Part shown: one piece after another, positions 46,098-56,000 of the stretch
Layout of the letters: the number at the start of each line of letters is the position of its first letter
How positions within the stretch are numbered: position 1 is the stretch's first letter
Virus record (IMG/VR): IMGVR_UViG_3300050821_003608
Span: 466 to 64,465 of that record
Length of the DNA: 64,000 nucleotides
Origin: a virus
Taxonomy: Duplodnaviria > Caudoviricetes
Reading direction: 5' to 3' (one strand)
Notes under the pieces: model-generated
What the model saw: only the letters and a program-made list of their open reading frames with translations
Told to the model about the DNA's origin: nothing
Databases searched by the model: none
Made by a program: the position numbers and the translations under genes

Positions 46098-46544
46098 ATG
46101 AGGCTCCTCGTCCTCCGCGACGTGCTGGCTCCGACCGACTCGCTCGGTCGGCTGGCTGTCGATGGAGTGCAATTCGGCTACACGCTTGAACTCCCCGTCC
46201 GGGATGGCCTTCCAGGTTCGGCTATCCCGGATGGAACCTACGACATCCACATTGTCGACTCGCCGCACTTCGGGCGACCGATGCCGCTCATTGTGGGTAT
46301 TCCCAACCGCTCGGAGATTGAGATCCACTGGGGCAACGACGTGAAGGACACCCGTGGGTGCATCCTCGTGGGCGACAGCCGGGACTTCTCGTCTATGCAG
46401 ATTTACAACACCCGCGCGACCTTTGCGAAGCTGTTCCCGCTTATCGAGGCTGCGGTGGCGTCGCCGGATGGATGCCAGATAACGATTGAGACGGTCCAGA
46501 ACAACTCCGAGGACGTACAAGCGGCGACGGCTGGCGAGGTCTGA
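46098..46544 (+). CDS. DUF5675-family protein, putative endolysin
   Basis: YTLELP..SAIPDGTY..SPHFG..VP/IPNRSEIEIHWGN..DTRGCILVG. Confidence 0.8.
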   Translation: MRLLVLRDVLAPTDSLGRLAVDGVQFGYTLELPVRDGLPGSAIPDGTYDIHIVDSPHFGRPMPLIVGIPNRSEIEIHWGNDVKDTRGCILVGDSRDFSSMQIYNTRATFAKLFPLIEAAVASPDGCQITIETVQNNSEDVQAATAGEV

Positions 46545-47475
46545 AGCCGAGCGAGGCCACGTCCACCACGTCGCCATAGCACACAGTCTGGAAGGGACAG
46601 GGCACCCACTCGTCACAGGCATTCCTCGACATCGGCTGCATCGTCCAGTGGTCCCCGGACGCTTCCTGCATCGCCAATGACTCGACTAGAATGTCGCTCA
46701 ACACCCGCGAGCACTGATGCTCGGTCGGCACCTTCACCTCGATCGTGTGCATGACTTCCTGCGCGGCCCCTTCCTTCCATAGCTGCTCGACCCAGGACTC
46801 GACCGACACCCGCTCGTCGGACAGGTAGGTCGGCTTCCACCCTTGGAAGTCTCGTCCGTCCTTGCGCTTGAATCGCAGAGGGAGGGACGACATGGCCGGA
46901 TGACGCCAGGCACGGGTCCATGGCGACGCTCGTCGGCCGGAGCGGACCTGCCCGATCTCGATGACGTGCAACGTGAGAGGGAGCTTGGTCGTGGCGATGT
47001 CACCGATGACCCACCAGGAGTGCAGTTCGCGCATGAGAGCGGACTCGTCCCAGCGGTCGAGGGTGACCCAGCGGTGCAGGGATTGGCCCGAAACGTGCGC
47101 AAGGGGCTGCCATTCGACGCTGGAGTTGAGCCGGACTGGGGGATGCTCGACTAGCCCCTTGGGCACGCCTGCTCGTGCGACGGATCGGACCACCGTGTCG
47201 AGCAGGGCGCACCACTCCTTCGCTAAGGAGTAAGTGTCCCCAGAAGCGTCCAGTCCGGGGTTGGCGGCAGTCTGTAGGAACCTCGCCGTCGCTTCGCCCG
47301 CTGTGGCTGCCGCGTCCATTCCGCCCGATAGGGCTAGAATGGCCTGCCGGAGCGTCCCGTCCGCCAGCGCCTTCCCGCGCCATTTGTGGGGCCTCCAGTC
47401 GCGATCGAGGATGCCTCGGCGGCGACAGGACTGCCACGACGAGATAGAGGAGGCGTCTAGGACTAGTACCGACAC
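46441..47475 (-). CDS. Degenerate Cas4-like (PD-(D/E)XK fold) protein
   Basis: SSISSWQSCRRR at the N-terminus, SRNACDEWVPCPFQTVCYG at the C-terminus; no clear PD..EXK. Confidence 0.6.
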   Translation of the reverse strand: MSVLVLDASSISSWQSCRRRGILDRDWRPHKWRGKALADGTLRQAILALSGGMDAAATAGEATARFLQTAANPGLDASGDTYSLAKEWCALLDTVVRSVARAGVPKGLVEHPPVRLNSSVEWQPLAHVSGQSLHRWVTLDRWDESALMRELHSWWVIGDIATTKLPLTLHVIEIGQVRSGRRASPWTRAWRHPAMSSLPLRFKRKDGRDFQGWKPTYLSDERVSVESWVEQLWKEGAAQEVMHTIEVKVPTEHQCSRVLSDILVESLAMQEASGDHWTMQPMSRNACDEWVPCPFQTVCYGDVVDVASLGFRPRQPSPLVRPRSCSGPSQSLSGIHPATPPQPR

Positions 47476-48957
47476 TTATTGTTCCATCTGCGGCGGGGGC
47501 TCGGGTGCCGAGCGGGACTTGCGGGCGTCTTCGCCGGCGGTGGTCAGATGGGACAGAGGGAGGGACAGTATGGCTCCCTTGGCGACTTTCTTCCCGCGAT
47601 TCGGCCCGCCTCGCTGGAACGCCGACTTCACCTTCGAGTCGGCCAGCTCGCCTACGTCCTCCGGGACCGCCTCGCCCATCGGGACGTGCACTCGGGGGCC
47701 ACCCGCAGACATGTAGGCATGAGGCTTCACTCGTTCGCGGACACTCTGCCCCGCCTTGGCCGCTTGTTTGTTCCGCAGCTTCTCCACTTGGTCGGCCATG
47801 TGGTCCTGAAGGTCGATGAACGCCTCCTGCTTCTGGCGCAGGATGTCGTAGTAGAAGCGGGGCTTCCCCGTCGTGTGCGCGAGGTGGTCGTTGACCGTCT
47901 CAGACATCACGTTGGCGACGATGCTCTTAGCTTCCATCTCGGAGTCGCGGGCGAGCGCTGCGCGAGCATCAGACGGGGCCATGTTTCTGAGCGAGCGGAT
48001 GTCCTTGCGCAGCGAGGACCGCTCCTTGTTGAACTCGTCCAAGGTCCACCCAGTCACGTCGTACTCGGCCTTCACCTTGTTGATGGCCGCGATCCGCGCG
48101 CGTCCAGCCTCGGTCTTCGTCCATTGAGGATTCTCGCGGATGATGCGGTCGAGATGATTGCGGATTAGCGGAGTATAGACCTTGTTCCCTTTGATGGGGG
48201 AGAAGTCGCGCTGGAACTCGGCCTCCTGCTGGAGCGACCCTTGGTCGATGATGTCCTTCAACCCACCGATGGTGGTGGGGCGCCCGCTCCGCTTGGCGGC
48301 CTCGGCGATGTCGGGCATCACGCGCTCCAAGTTCTTTACGTCAGCTCCGGTTGCAGAAACGACCTTGTTTATCCGAGTAGTCTCAGTAGGCTCACTCCCA
48401 ATCTTCTTCCCAGCCCAGAGAGTTAGAATATCGAACGCTCCCTGTCCAATAGCTTCGTGAAGCCTGCCCTCGTCTGTGGCTTGATTGGCACTAACTACAC
48501 TTCCGGTCGCAAATGGGTCAGCTAGGGATAGAGCCGTAGCTGCTCCATGAAGTCCCTTGGCAAACCGTGTCGTCGGGTCGGGATCTCGTGCGGCTTCTTG
48601 GAACTGTTCCTTGGTCTGACGGGCACCCTGTTTATAAGTTTCAATAGTTTGCTTGCCAACGTCGCGTGCGCCGCCAGCTTCGCCTTCAGGAATGAAAAGG
48701 TCATGGATGTTCTGGAATGCTCCTTTTGCTCCTTTGACAAAGCCCGCGAGCATCCCCTCGTCTTCCTTCTGTGGTGTCTGCTCCTTCGGCTGGGTCGTCT
48801 TCAGCGCCCGCACCCCCAACAGTAGCCAGTTCTTCGCCTCCGGGGTCATCTTCGACAACGCGCGAGTCTGCCCGCCTTCGTCGAGAGCCATGAACGCTTT
48901 GACGGAATCTTCGCTGGCTTGTGCTGGATTAGTCTGTGTCTGAGGCTCTTGTGGCAT
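47476..48957 (-). CDS. Putative internal virion/ejection protein
   Basis: Helical, Ala/Gly/Lys-rich; third of three genes after the GNAT-like gene. Confidence 0.55.
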   Translation of the reverse strand: MPQEPQTQTNPAQASEDSVKAFMALDEGGQTRALSKMTPEAKNWLLLGVRALKTTQPKEQTPQKEDEGMLAGFVKGAKGAFQNIHDLFIPEGEAGGARDVGKQTIETYKQGARQTKEQFQEAARDPDPTTRFAKGLHGAATALSLADPFATGSVVSANQATDEGRLHEAIGQGAFDILTLWAGKKIGSEPTETTRINKVVSATGADVKNLERVMPDIAEAAKRSGRPTTIGGLKDIIDQGSLQQEAEFQRDFSPIKGNKVYTPLIRNHLDRIIRENPQWTKTEAGRARIAAINKVKAEYDVTGWTLDEFNKERSSLRKDIRSLRNMAPSDARAALARDSEMEAKSIVANVMSETVNDHLAHTTGKPRFYYDILRQKQEAFIDLQDHMADQVEKLRNKQAAKAGQSVRERVKPHAYMSAGGPRVHVPMGEAVPEDVGELADSKVKSAFQRGGPNRGKKVAKGAILSLPLSHLTTAGEDARKSRSAPEPPPQMEQ

Positions 48958-48963
48958 GGGGCC

Positions 48964-50799
48964 TCACGCAGCGGGGCGTTGCGCTTCGCGGACGGCCTTC
49001 TTGATTTCGTCGTCGAGTGGGTGTCCGCCCTCGCCCAGTTTTGGCGGTGTGTTCGGTGCGGACTTGGACTTCGACTTCGGCTGGGCCTTGTCGCGGAACT
49101 TCCCAGGCAGGGCCTCGATGTACTTGCGCTCCTCCTGCGGGAGCGGGACTGTGCGCGAGCCCGTGTAGACCTCTTCGGCGAGCCGAGCCATCTTGTCGTT
49201 GAACGCGGCCGCAGACATGGCGTTTAGTCCGGGCACAGGGACATCGCGTTCGAGTGCAGCGACGCTGAACTTCGCCGCGCTGGCCTTGGTGAGCGAGCGG
49301 AGGCCCATGACGGTTGAGAGCGACGACACCACCGAGTTGAACGCTCTGGTCTCTTCAGGTGAGAGCTTGCCGATGATGTCCTTATTGATAGACAGTTGCG
49401 AGGCGATGAGAGCTTGCGGCACGCCACCGTAATTCTTGAGCAGGGTGAATAGCGACCCGGAACGTTTCTCCTCCTGCTCCATGCCATCGAGCACGAGTCG
49501 CACGGCGGAAGCGACCTTCTTGCTGGCCTTGGGGTCGTCGGCTAACTTGTCGAAGTCGGATAGCGAAGTCGCGGACGGTTGCGTCGGATCGCCGAACAGT
49601 TGCGTGTAGGCTTCGCGCACGGGGGCGATGCGCTGGGAGGTGGCGTTAGATGGGAGCATTCCGCTAGACGAAGGGGTCGCAGCACCGCCTCGACTTCCGC
49701 CACTCGCGCTCGGTGCGGCGGCTCCACCCGGCTTTGCTGTCGGACCCTGTGGTGGTGCGGATGGAGCGGACTTACTGCCTCGACCCTTCACTCCCGTCGT
49801 CGCCGGCGCGCTCGTTCCCTTCGTGACATCGACCCCCGTCTTCTCGTCAAGGCCCCGGACGCTCGTGTGTGCCGTGCCAACGCGATGCTCGCCGAGGTCG
49901 GTCCCGGCGCCCTGTCCCAACGCTTCCACGTCCATCGGGCTGACCGCGAAGGTTTCATTCCCGACCGTGACCACTTTCGAGTTGGGCGAGAACGGCTCGT
50001 AGAACGACTTCCCGCCCCACACGATATTCTTCAACCCCATCGTATCCGGGAGCGTAGTGAGATCGATGGGCTGGCCGTCCTTGTCGATGAAGGACTTCCC
50101 TTGCTTGGCGAGATCCCGCGCGTTCGACACGGAGATGGCTGGACCCATGACGGGGCGACCGGAAGGATTCGCAGCTTTGGCCTTCGCTACGGCCTCGGCC
50201 TCCTCCATCTTGAACTTGTGCTTCAGTTCCTCCTCGCGCTTGAACTTGGCGAACTCGCGGTCGTCCTGTGCTTGTGGCGAGGGATGCGCCGCCGACAGGA
50301 TACTGGCCATCGTAGGAGGAGGAGCGGGAGCGGACTTAGGGGCAGCGCCCCCGCTCTGGGGAGCCGTTGCTGAAGCGGCTTGGGGGGACCGTGGGGGCAT
50401 GGAGGGAGCGTTCGGGCCGGTGCTGGATGCATTCGCGCCGGGGATTTGTTCGGACATCGCGGGAGGCTGGGCCGGAGCAGACGACTGGGGCTGGCCCTGA
50501 CTCCCGTCCTGACCTCCACCTTGGCCCTGCTGTCCATGTGGACTCTTGTGAAACATATCCGCGATGTGGCCGAATTTCTCGAACGCTCCCTTGATCCCTT
50601 TGGACTTCGGATACAACTTCTGCAACTCTTCGAGCGTCTGAGTCATCTGCTCGGGCGAGAGGTTCCCCGAGTTGATAGCATCGTGGAGAGCCTGCACCTT
50701 GATGTCGCGCAGTTTGTCGTCATCGGCTTTATGCTTCTCGGCCACGTCCTGCAACTTCTGCCCGACGGCGCCAAAGAAGCCTGATGCGAAGTTTCCCAT
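48964..50799 (-). CDS. Putative internal virion/ejection protein
   Basis: MGNFASGFFGAVG N-terminus, low-complexity linkers. Confidence 0.6.
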   Translation of the reverse strand: MGNFASGFFGAVGQKLQDVAEKHKADDDKLRDIKVQALHDAINSGNLSPEQMTQTLEELQKLYPKSKGIKGAFEKFGHIADMFHKSPHGQQGQGGGQDGSQGQPQSSAPAQPPAMSEQIPGANASSTGPNAPSMPPRSPQAASATAPQSGGAAPKSAPAPPPTMASILSAAHPSPQAQDDREFAKFKREEELKHKFKMEEAEAVAKAKAANPSGRPVMGPAISVSNARDLAKQGKSFIDKDGQPIDLTTLPDTMGLKNIVWGGKSFYEPFSPNSKVVTVGNETFAVSPMDVEALGQGAGTDLGEHRVGTAHTSVRGLDEKTGVDVTKGTSAPATTGVKGRGSKSAPSAPPQGPTAKPGGAAAPSASGGSRGGAATPSSSGMLPSNATSQRIAPVREAYTQLFGDPTQPSATSLSDFDKLADDPKASKKVASAVRLVLDGMEQEEKRSGSLFTLLKNYGGVPQALIASQLSINKDIIGKLSPEETRAFNSVVSSLSTVMGLRSLTKASAAKFSVAALERDVPVPGLNAMSAAAFNDKMARLAEEVYTGSRTVPLPQEERKYIEALPGKFRDKAQPKSKSKSAPNTPPKLGEGGHPLDDEIKKAVREAQRPAA

Positions 50800-50812
50800 C
50801 TCTCATCCTTCA

Positions 50813-51376
50813 CTAAGCGAACATCAAAGCAGCCATGGCGATCTGTCCTGCGGCCTGCCCCATGGCAGCACCGTTGGCGTCGGACTGCTTCTTAGAGTCT
50901 GTAGCTATTTTGCCTAGATCATTGGCGGAAGTCTCGCCCAGCCCAAGTGCGTTCAGCGCCGCCGACAACTCAGTGCTGCCAATCGCCGCAGTCTGCTTGG
51001 CCGCTTCTGGCCTCGCCCCGAATATGGCGTTGTCCGTTTTCGCGCGAGTGGAATCATCGAGCGTGCGCGAGGCTGCGTTGACTCCGCCCCCGCGGGCGGT
51101 CCCTGACGTGGCCAACTGTCGTTTGCTGGCGTCTGCTCCAGCACGGACAGCGTTAGTTTCGGGCGCAACCGCCGCACTGACCGACGCACGATTCCCCGTG
51201 AGGATATTCTTCCAGTAACTCGCGGCGTCGCCGACCATCGACTGTCCCGTTTTGAACGCCTGCTCCCCAGCGGGGAGAGCGAAGTTGAATACGTTGTGCA
51301 GGTCTTGGAACGAAGTCAGTTGCTCCTTCCTGTCCGTCTTGGACGACGAGCCGCCGATCCCGAACAGTCCGCCCAT
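50813..51376 (-). CDS. Putative DNA pilot/ejection protein (P22 gp7-like)
   Basis: Start MGGLFGIGGSSSKT; ATSGTARGGG; hydrophobic C-terminus. Confidence 0.65.
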   Translation of the reverse strand: MGGLFGIGGSSSKTDRKEQLTSFQDLHNVFNFALPAGEQAFKTGQSMVGDAASYWKNILTGNRASVSAAVAPETNAVRAGADASKRQLATSGTARGGGVNAASRTLDDSTRAKTDNAIFGARPEAAKQTAAIGSTELSAALNALGLGETSANDLGKIATDSKKQSDANGAAMGQAAGQIAMAALMFA

Positions 51377-51768
51377 CACTTCGCTCCTGAGACAGTCACG
51401 TACACGGGATGGTGAACCTTCACCATTCCTCGTGCCTCGCACAGCCTCACTGCCGCGGGGTGTTCGCACACCGCCATGTATCCACGGACATGGCACTCGA
51501 CGAGGAAGGCTTGCATCTCGTCGGCCAGTTCCTCGGCTAGTCCAGTGGCGTATTCAGAGCGGTCCACGAGGAGGGGTTCGGTGTGTGGGACGAGCTGGAG
51601 GCAGGTCAGTCCGACGATGCGTCCATCCTTCTCGGCCAGCAACACGCGCGAGGTCTGGCGGTTCAATGACATCCATCCTCTCGCCGCCAACTTTTGATCG
51701 ATGGCATCCCAGTCCCGCTCCGAGCAGGTCGCCCCGTCCACCCAGCGTTTTGTAATTCCGTCGCTCAT
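51376..51768 (-). CDS. GNAT-fold tail assembly protein
   Basis: LAEKDGRIVG, EPLLVD..Y..GLAEEL, LCEARGM; typical podovirus position. Confidence 0.6.
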   Translation of the reverse strand: MSDGITKRWVDGATCSERDWDAIDQKLAARGWMSLNRQTSRVLLAEKDGRIVGLTCLQLVPHTEPLLVDRSEYATGLAEELADEMQAFLVECHVRGYMAVCEHPAAVRLCEARGMVKVHHPVYVTVSGAK

Positions 51769-52223
51769 TGGATGATGGCCGTCACCTGACAGGCATCCCC
51801 CGTAGTGTCCGCGTCGATGAAGAACTCGTACAAACTGTAGACGTTGCGATTGAGAGCCGCGCTCCCGAGGATGAACGTCTCTCCGGGGACCAGTGCTTTG
51901 ATGATGGTCCCTTTGTCGGTGGCGTTCCCAGTGCCTCCCGCCGCCCCACGCTTCAGGATGTAGACAATCCCCGTGTTGTTGGCGAGCGAAGGCGGACCCG
52001 CTCCGGCCTTGAGTGCCTGGAAGATGATTTGCTGCGCACGAGTCGTGTACTCGTCGGCCGCGGGAGGAGTGCCGGACACGCCAGGGTTGGGCGTTTCAGG
52101 TGCATTCACGGCCGTAGAATCTACCAAAGAAGTGATGCGAACCGGAGTCCCCGCCGCAGCGACGACGATATTCCCCAAGGGCCAGACCGGGCCTTGTTTG
52201 TCCTGATGAACTGAGTTCGCCAT
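51765..52223 (-). CDS. Putative virion protein
   Basis: Beta-rich; NTGIVYI...LVPGE motif. Confidence 0.6.
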   Translation of the reverse strand: MANSVHQDKQGPVWPLGNIVVAAAGTPVRITSLVDSTAVNAPETPNPGVSGTPPAADEYTTRAQQIIFQALKAGAGPPSLANNTGIVYILKRGAAGGTGNATDKGTIIKALVPGETFILGSAALNRNVYSLYEFFIDADTTGDACQVTAIIQ

Positions 52224-52238
52224 TGCTCTCTCCCTCTC

Positions 52239-52706
52239 CTACGGATAGACCCGGACGTTGTACGTTTTCGCTGGCGGAGTCAAAGCCACGAACGCGACTG
52301 CGTTCACCGTCACTGTGTTCGAGGCCGTGACTGTGCACTCAATGCTCATCCCTAGCGCGGAGATGTTCGTGCCGTCGCTCGGGGAAGCGATGCAAGGCTG
52401 TCCTGCGACTGCGCCCGTGACCGTCGCGGTGCCCGAAGCACTTCCTCCGAGTGCGAGCAGTCCTCCGCCGATGCTCCCGGTTGTTCCGGTCAGATAGGCG
52501 GCAGGAGAAGAAGTCCCGCAGGACATCGCTCCGCCCGACATGTTCAGGTGGTTCCCAGCGGAGTCGGGACAGTTCGGGATGGAAGGAGACGGAGAGTTGG
52601 CGGTTGATTGCGACTGGACCCGATGCCGAGTCGCGACGAGGTAGGAGCCGCTCAGGATCAAGCAGAGCAGCACCCACGCGAGGGGCTTCTTGAAGTCTCG
52701 CAACAT
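52239..52706 (-). CDS. Signal-peptide-bearing fibre-tip-like protein
   Basis: KKPLAWVLLCLILSGSYLVA; two Cys pairs; ATVTGAVAG..C..SP C-terminal domain. Confidence 0.65.
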   Translation of the reverse strand: MLRDFKKPLAWVLLCLILSGSYLVATRHRVQSQSTANSPSPSIPNCPDSAGNHLNMSGGAMSCGTSSPAAYLTGTTGSIGGGLLALGGSASGTATVTGAVAGQPCIASPSDGTNISALGMSIECTVTASNTVTVNAVAFVALTPPAKTYNVRVYP

Positions 52707-52732
52707 GACTGGACTATACCCCCTTTTTGGCT

Positions 52733-53026
52733 CTATACGAAGTGGAAATTACCACTCTTCTTGTCCCACTTGAGAATGGCTCCGTCTGCGAGTGTCTGAA
52801 CGTCCACGGGCGCGACTCGCAATCCTAGAATCTGCGTGTCAGTCGGCCCCGAGCCCGGAGGTGGCCCTGACGACTTAGTTGTTATGGGCTTGGACATCTC
52901 CTCGCGCATCGACGCCACGCTATCTTGCAGGTTGTAGTGTTGGGTGAGGAGCTGGCGGAACGCTCGCTCGGTCGCGGCGGGATCTTTCAACTGGTCAACT
53001 GAGGGGAACCATCGTTGCTGGCTCAT
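52733..53026 (-). CDS. Small tail protein with coiled coil
   Basis: ATGA overlap with the upstream stop; LADGAILKWD. Confidence 0.6.
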   Translation of the reverse strand: MSQQRWFPSVDQLKDPAATERAFRQLLTQHYNLQDSVASMREEMSKPITTKSSGPPPGSGPTDTQILGLRVAPVDVQTLADGAILKWDKKSGNFHFV

Positions 53027-56000
53027 ATCTTGGCTTCGTCGCCCGACCTTTCTCCAACCAGAGGCTTGTTCGTGTATCCGTCCTGTCGACCCCACGCACC
53101 CACGAGGACTTCGCACTTGTCTTGGTGTACTGCGAATGGCGCGGTGGAAGTCATCGAGTACGTGTAGAGCTGCCCTTTGTTGAAGGTCGGGACGAAAACC
53201 AGCTTCTTCACCAGTCCTCCTGTGGATGGCATGATGATCGGAGCAGGCGCGGTGCCGTCAAACACTCCAATCGTGAGCGTCACAGGCGTCGTGGACGAGT
53301 ACGTGATAGACACCTGCCGGACGTACATGAATCCTTGCATCCCGTGCGAAGTGGGCTGGGTCGTCCACGTCTCGGCCGACTCGGGAGTCTCCTCCGCGAT
53401 CCAGCGGACTTTCCAGATACGCATCGGGAGTCCGTCGGGCTGTGGCTCCAACCGGACCATGTGCGCGATGAACGGCTGGTTGAAGGAGTAGGCGATTTCT
53501 TTCTCCCCGTTGTGGTTGACGACGGGAGTGAAAGCGTGCGCTGCAAGTGCATCTGCATCCCGCACGATTATTCCCTTAGCCGCCGCGAAGGTGTCGGCGT
53601 GCAAGATAAATCCCTGAATCCACTTCGCTCCCTCAATCCCAGCATCGTCCCAGTCCATCTGGCGGTCGATGATGTTCTCGGGTTTGGGGATGAGCGCGGG
53701 CTGCCATACGTAAAGTGTGGTCGGGACAGACTGCTGGGAAAAGTCGTCGGCCCACTGGTAGAAGGTGCCGAGGAAGTTCGACAACACCCCGCCGACGAGC
53801 GAGACAGGTTGCTGGACACGCACGAGTCTCTGTGGGATAGTCTGCGTCACGCTGATAGACACACCAAGATTCATTGGTGTCATAGTCAGAGGGGAACCCT
53901 TCGCCGCAGGGAGAGAGTCGAGGTAGAGGTCACCCCACTGCTCGCCCGCGCGCACGTCGCCGCCGTCGAACTCGAACGTCGCGAGGGAACAGGCGATGGG
54001 ATTGCCTACTCCATTCGTGCCGTCGTCGTTGAACAAGTCGTTCTGTTGGTAGATTGCTCCGCGATTCGGAGCACCGACCGTTCGTCCAGCGAGAACTGTT
54101 ACCGCGTTGGACGCACTAGAACTTTCCTTCTGTTGCTCAACGTGATAGACCGCCGACACTTGGAAGGGATAAAGGTCCACGCTCCACGCGCCCGTGCGGA
54201 GGTTGCACACCAGAACGCGGAACACGAACGCGCTGTCCTGATACGTAGCGTACAGCCAGCCGTTTGAGTGTGCCAGCCGGAACGTCGGAGCATTCTGATA
54301 GGCCGGCGCGTGGATGGTCACGCCGTTGTAAGTCACATCTTGTCCAGGAATGCCCTCGTGTGGGAAGAGATTGAAGAGGTCGGCGTCCGTGAGCGAGCCA
54401 CGACTGGTCCCGTAGATACCGTCCTTCCCCCAGAAGAACACTTCCTTGCCGTCATTGCAGTGCCCAAACGGAGCGCCCAGCCCGCGGGTGATGGGCTGCT
54501 GGACGAAGTTGTATCGTTGCAGAGGGTTGTCCGGCTGTGGGTACAAGGCCCACCAGCGTTCGGTCGAGCCGACGAAGGACAATCCATCCACGACTTCGCC
54601 ACCGAGCAAGGGTTCAGTCGGCGGGGAGATTTCGATGTTGTACGAATCGGGTGCCGAGTCTGGCTGATTATTCTTGGCGAAGTAGAGCGTACCCGGACGA
54701 AGTGGATCCCCGACCGCGAAGACCGTTCCGTTCACGTCCGGTCCCCACATATAGGGAAGGAACTGTCTGGCGGTAAGTGGTTCGTAGATGGAGAAGACCG
54801 CAGGGACGGTGGGCGAATTGGCATTCTCCTCGAACTCAAACAGGTAGGTCGTGCCTCCGACCAGCACGGGCCGCTTGCGCAAGGTGTAGACGTTGCCGAG
54901 TGCTATTTGCACGAGGTTGCCGGGGAGATAGCGAAGCACGTTGGTCGGCGAAGGGATAGTCACGAGCGCAACAGTCCCGGTGACTTGCGTCGCAGTCGCG
55001 TTCAGTGGAACGTCGATAGTTGGCCACGGTTCGTGATTGTCGAAGTCGAGGGCCTCGCCTGCGCCAGCAGCGTCGTCGCTGAAGATGTCGATGAACTGGG
55101 AAACCAGAGGCATCGAGGCAATGCGTCTCCACTCCGTTACCGACCCTCCATACCGTTCGATGTCCCAAGTGTCTATCTGAGGGTCGTATGCTCCGCTTGG
55201 GAGGATGACCAGCACAGCCTGACGACGCGGACTGATTCCATACCGCGTGGCTGGCGAAGGGTTCCCGACCGCTCCCGTCACGCTCGATCGCGGACGCACT
55301 CGATAACGATACGGCGCTCCGACATCGCCCACGTCCGGTGCGCTCCCGCCCGATACGCCGAACGACCCGGTGGCGACGTTGATAGTCCCGGAAGCGTTCC
55401 ACAGGATTTGCATCTTCGTGGCGTTCTGGAGGTTCTTGGTGAGGTCACCGCCCACTCGGGTCAAGTTGGTCAAAGGGAAGATGAGTTGAATCCAAGTGTT
55501 ATTGCCGGGAGTGAGTTGCTGGCTGGAGGAAGTCTGGACGGAGTTCCCCTTGCCAATGGAAGACTCATCGTCGATGGTAGCTCGTTGGTCTACGGTCTGC
55601 GCCGAGGCGATTTGCGTCACAGAGTTGGCGATGGCCGCAGTGATGTCGCTTGGACGGAAGGTGACGTAGAAGAAGTCCCGCGTGAAGGTGCCGTCCCCGA
55701 CATCGAAGAGAATTTTCATCTCATTAAGGTTGGCGAGGTTGTCTACCTTGATTCCGATGTAGAAATAGTCGTCCGGCTGCGCGGACGGAAACCCGAATGG
55801 ATTGAGCGCCCCAGGGGAGGCGGGATTGAGCGTGGCGGTCTGTGTCCCAATCCCTACCGTGACGACGTAGGTGGCGGATGTCGCGGAGATAGCCTGCCCA
55901 GCTATAGGGAGTGTCGTAGTGAAGATTTGCACGGCGGGGATAGCCGTGATGCTATCCGCCACGCTGTGCGCCAACGTGGTGGAAGTTTCGATAGAGACGG

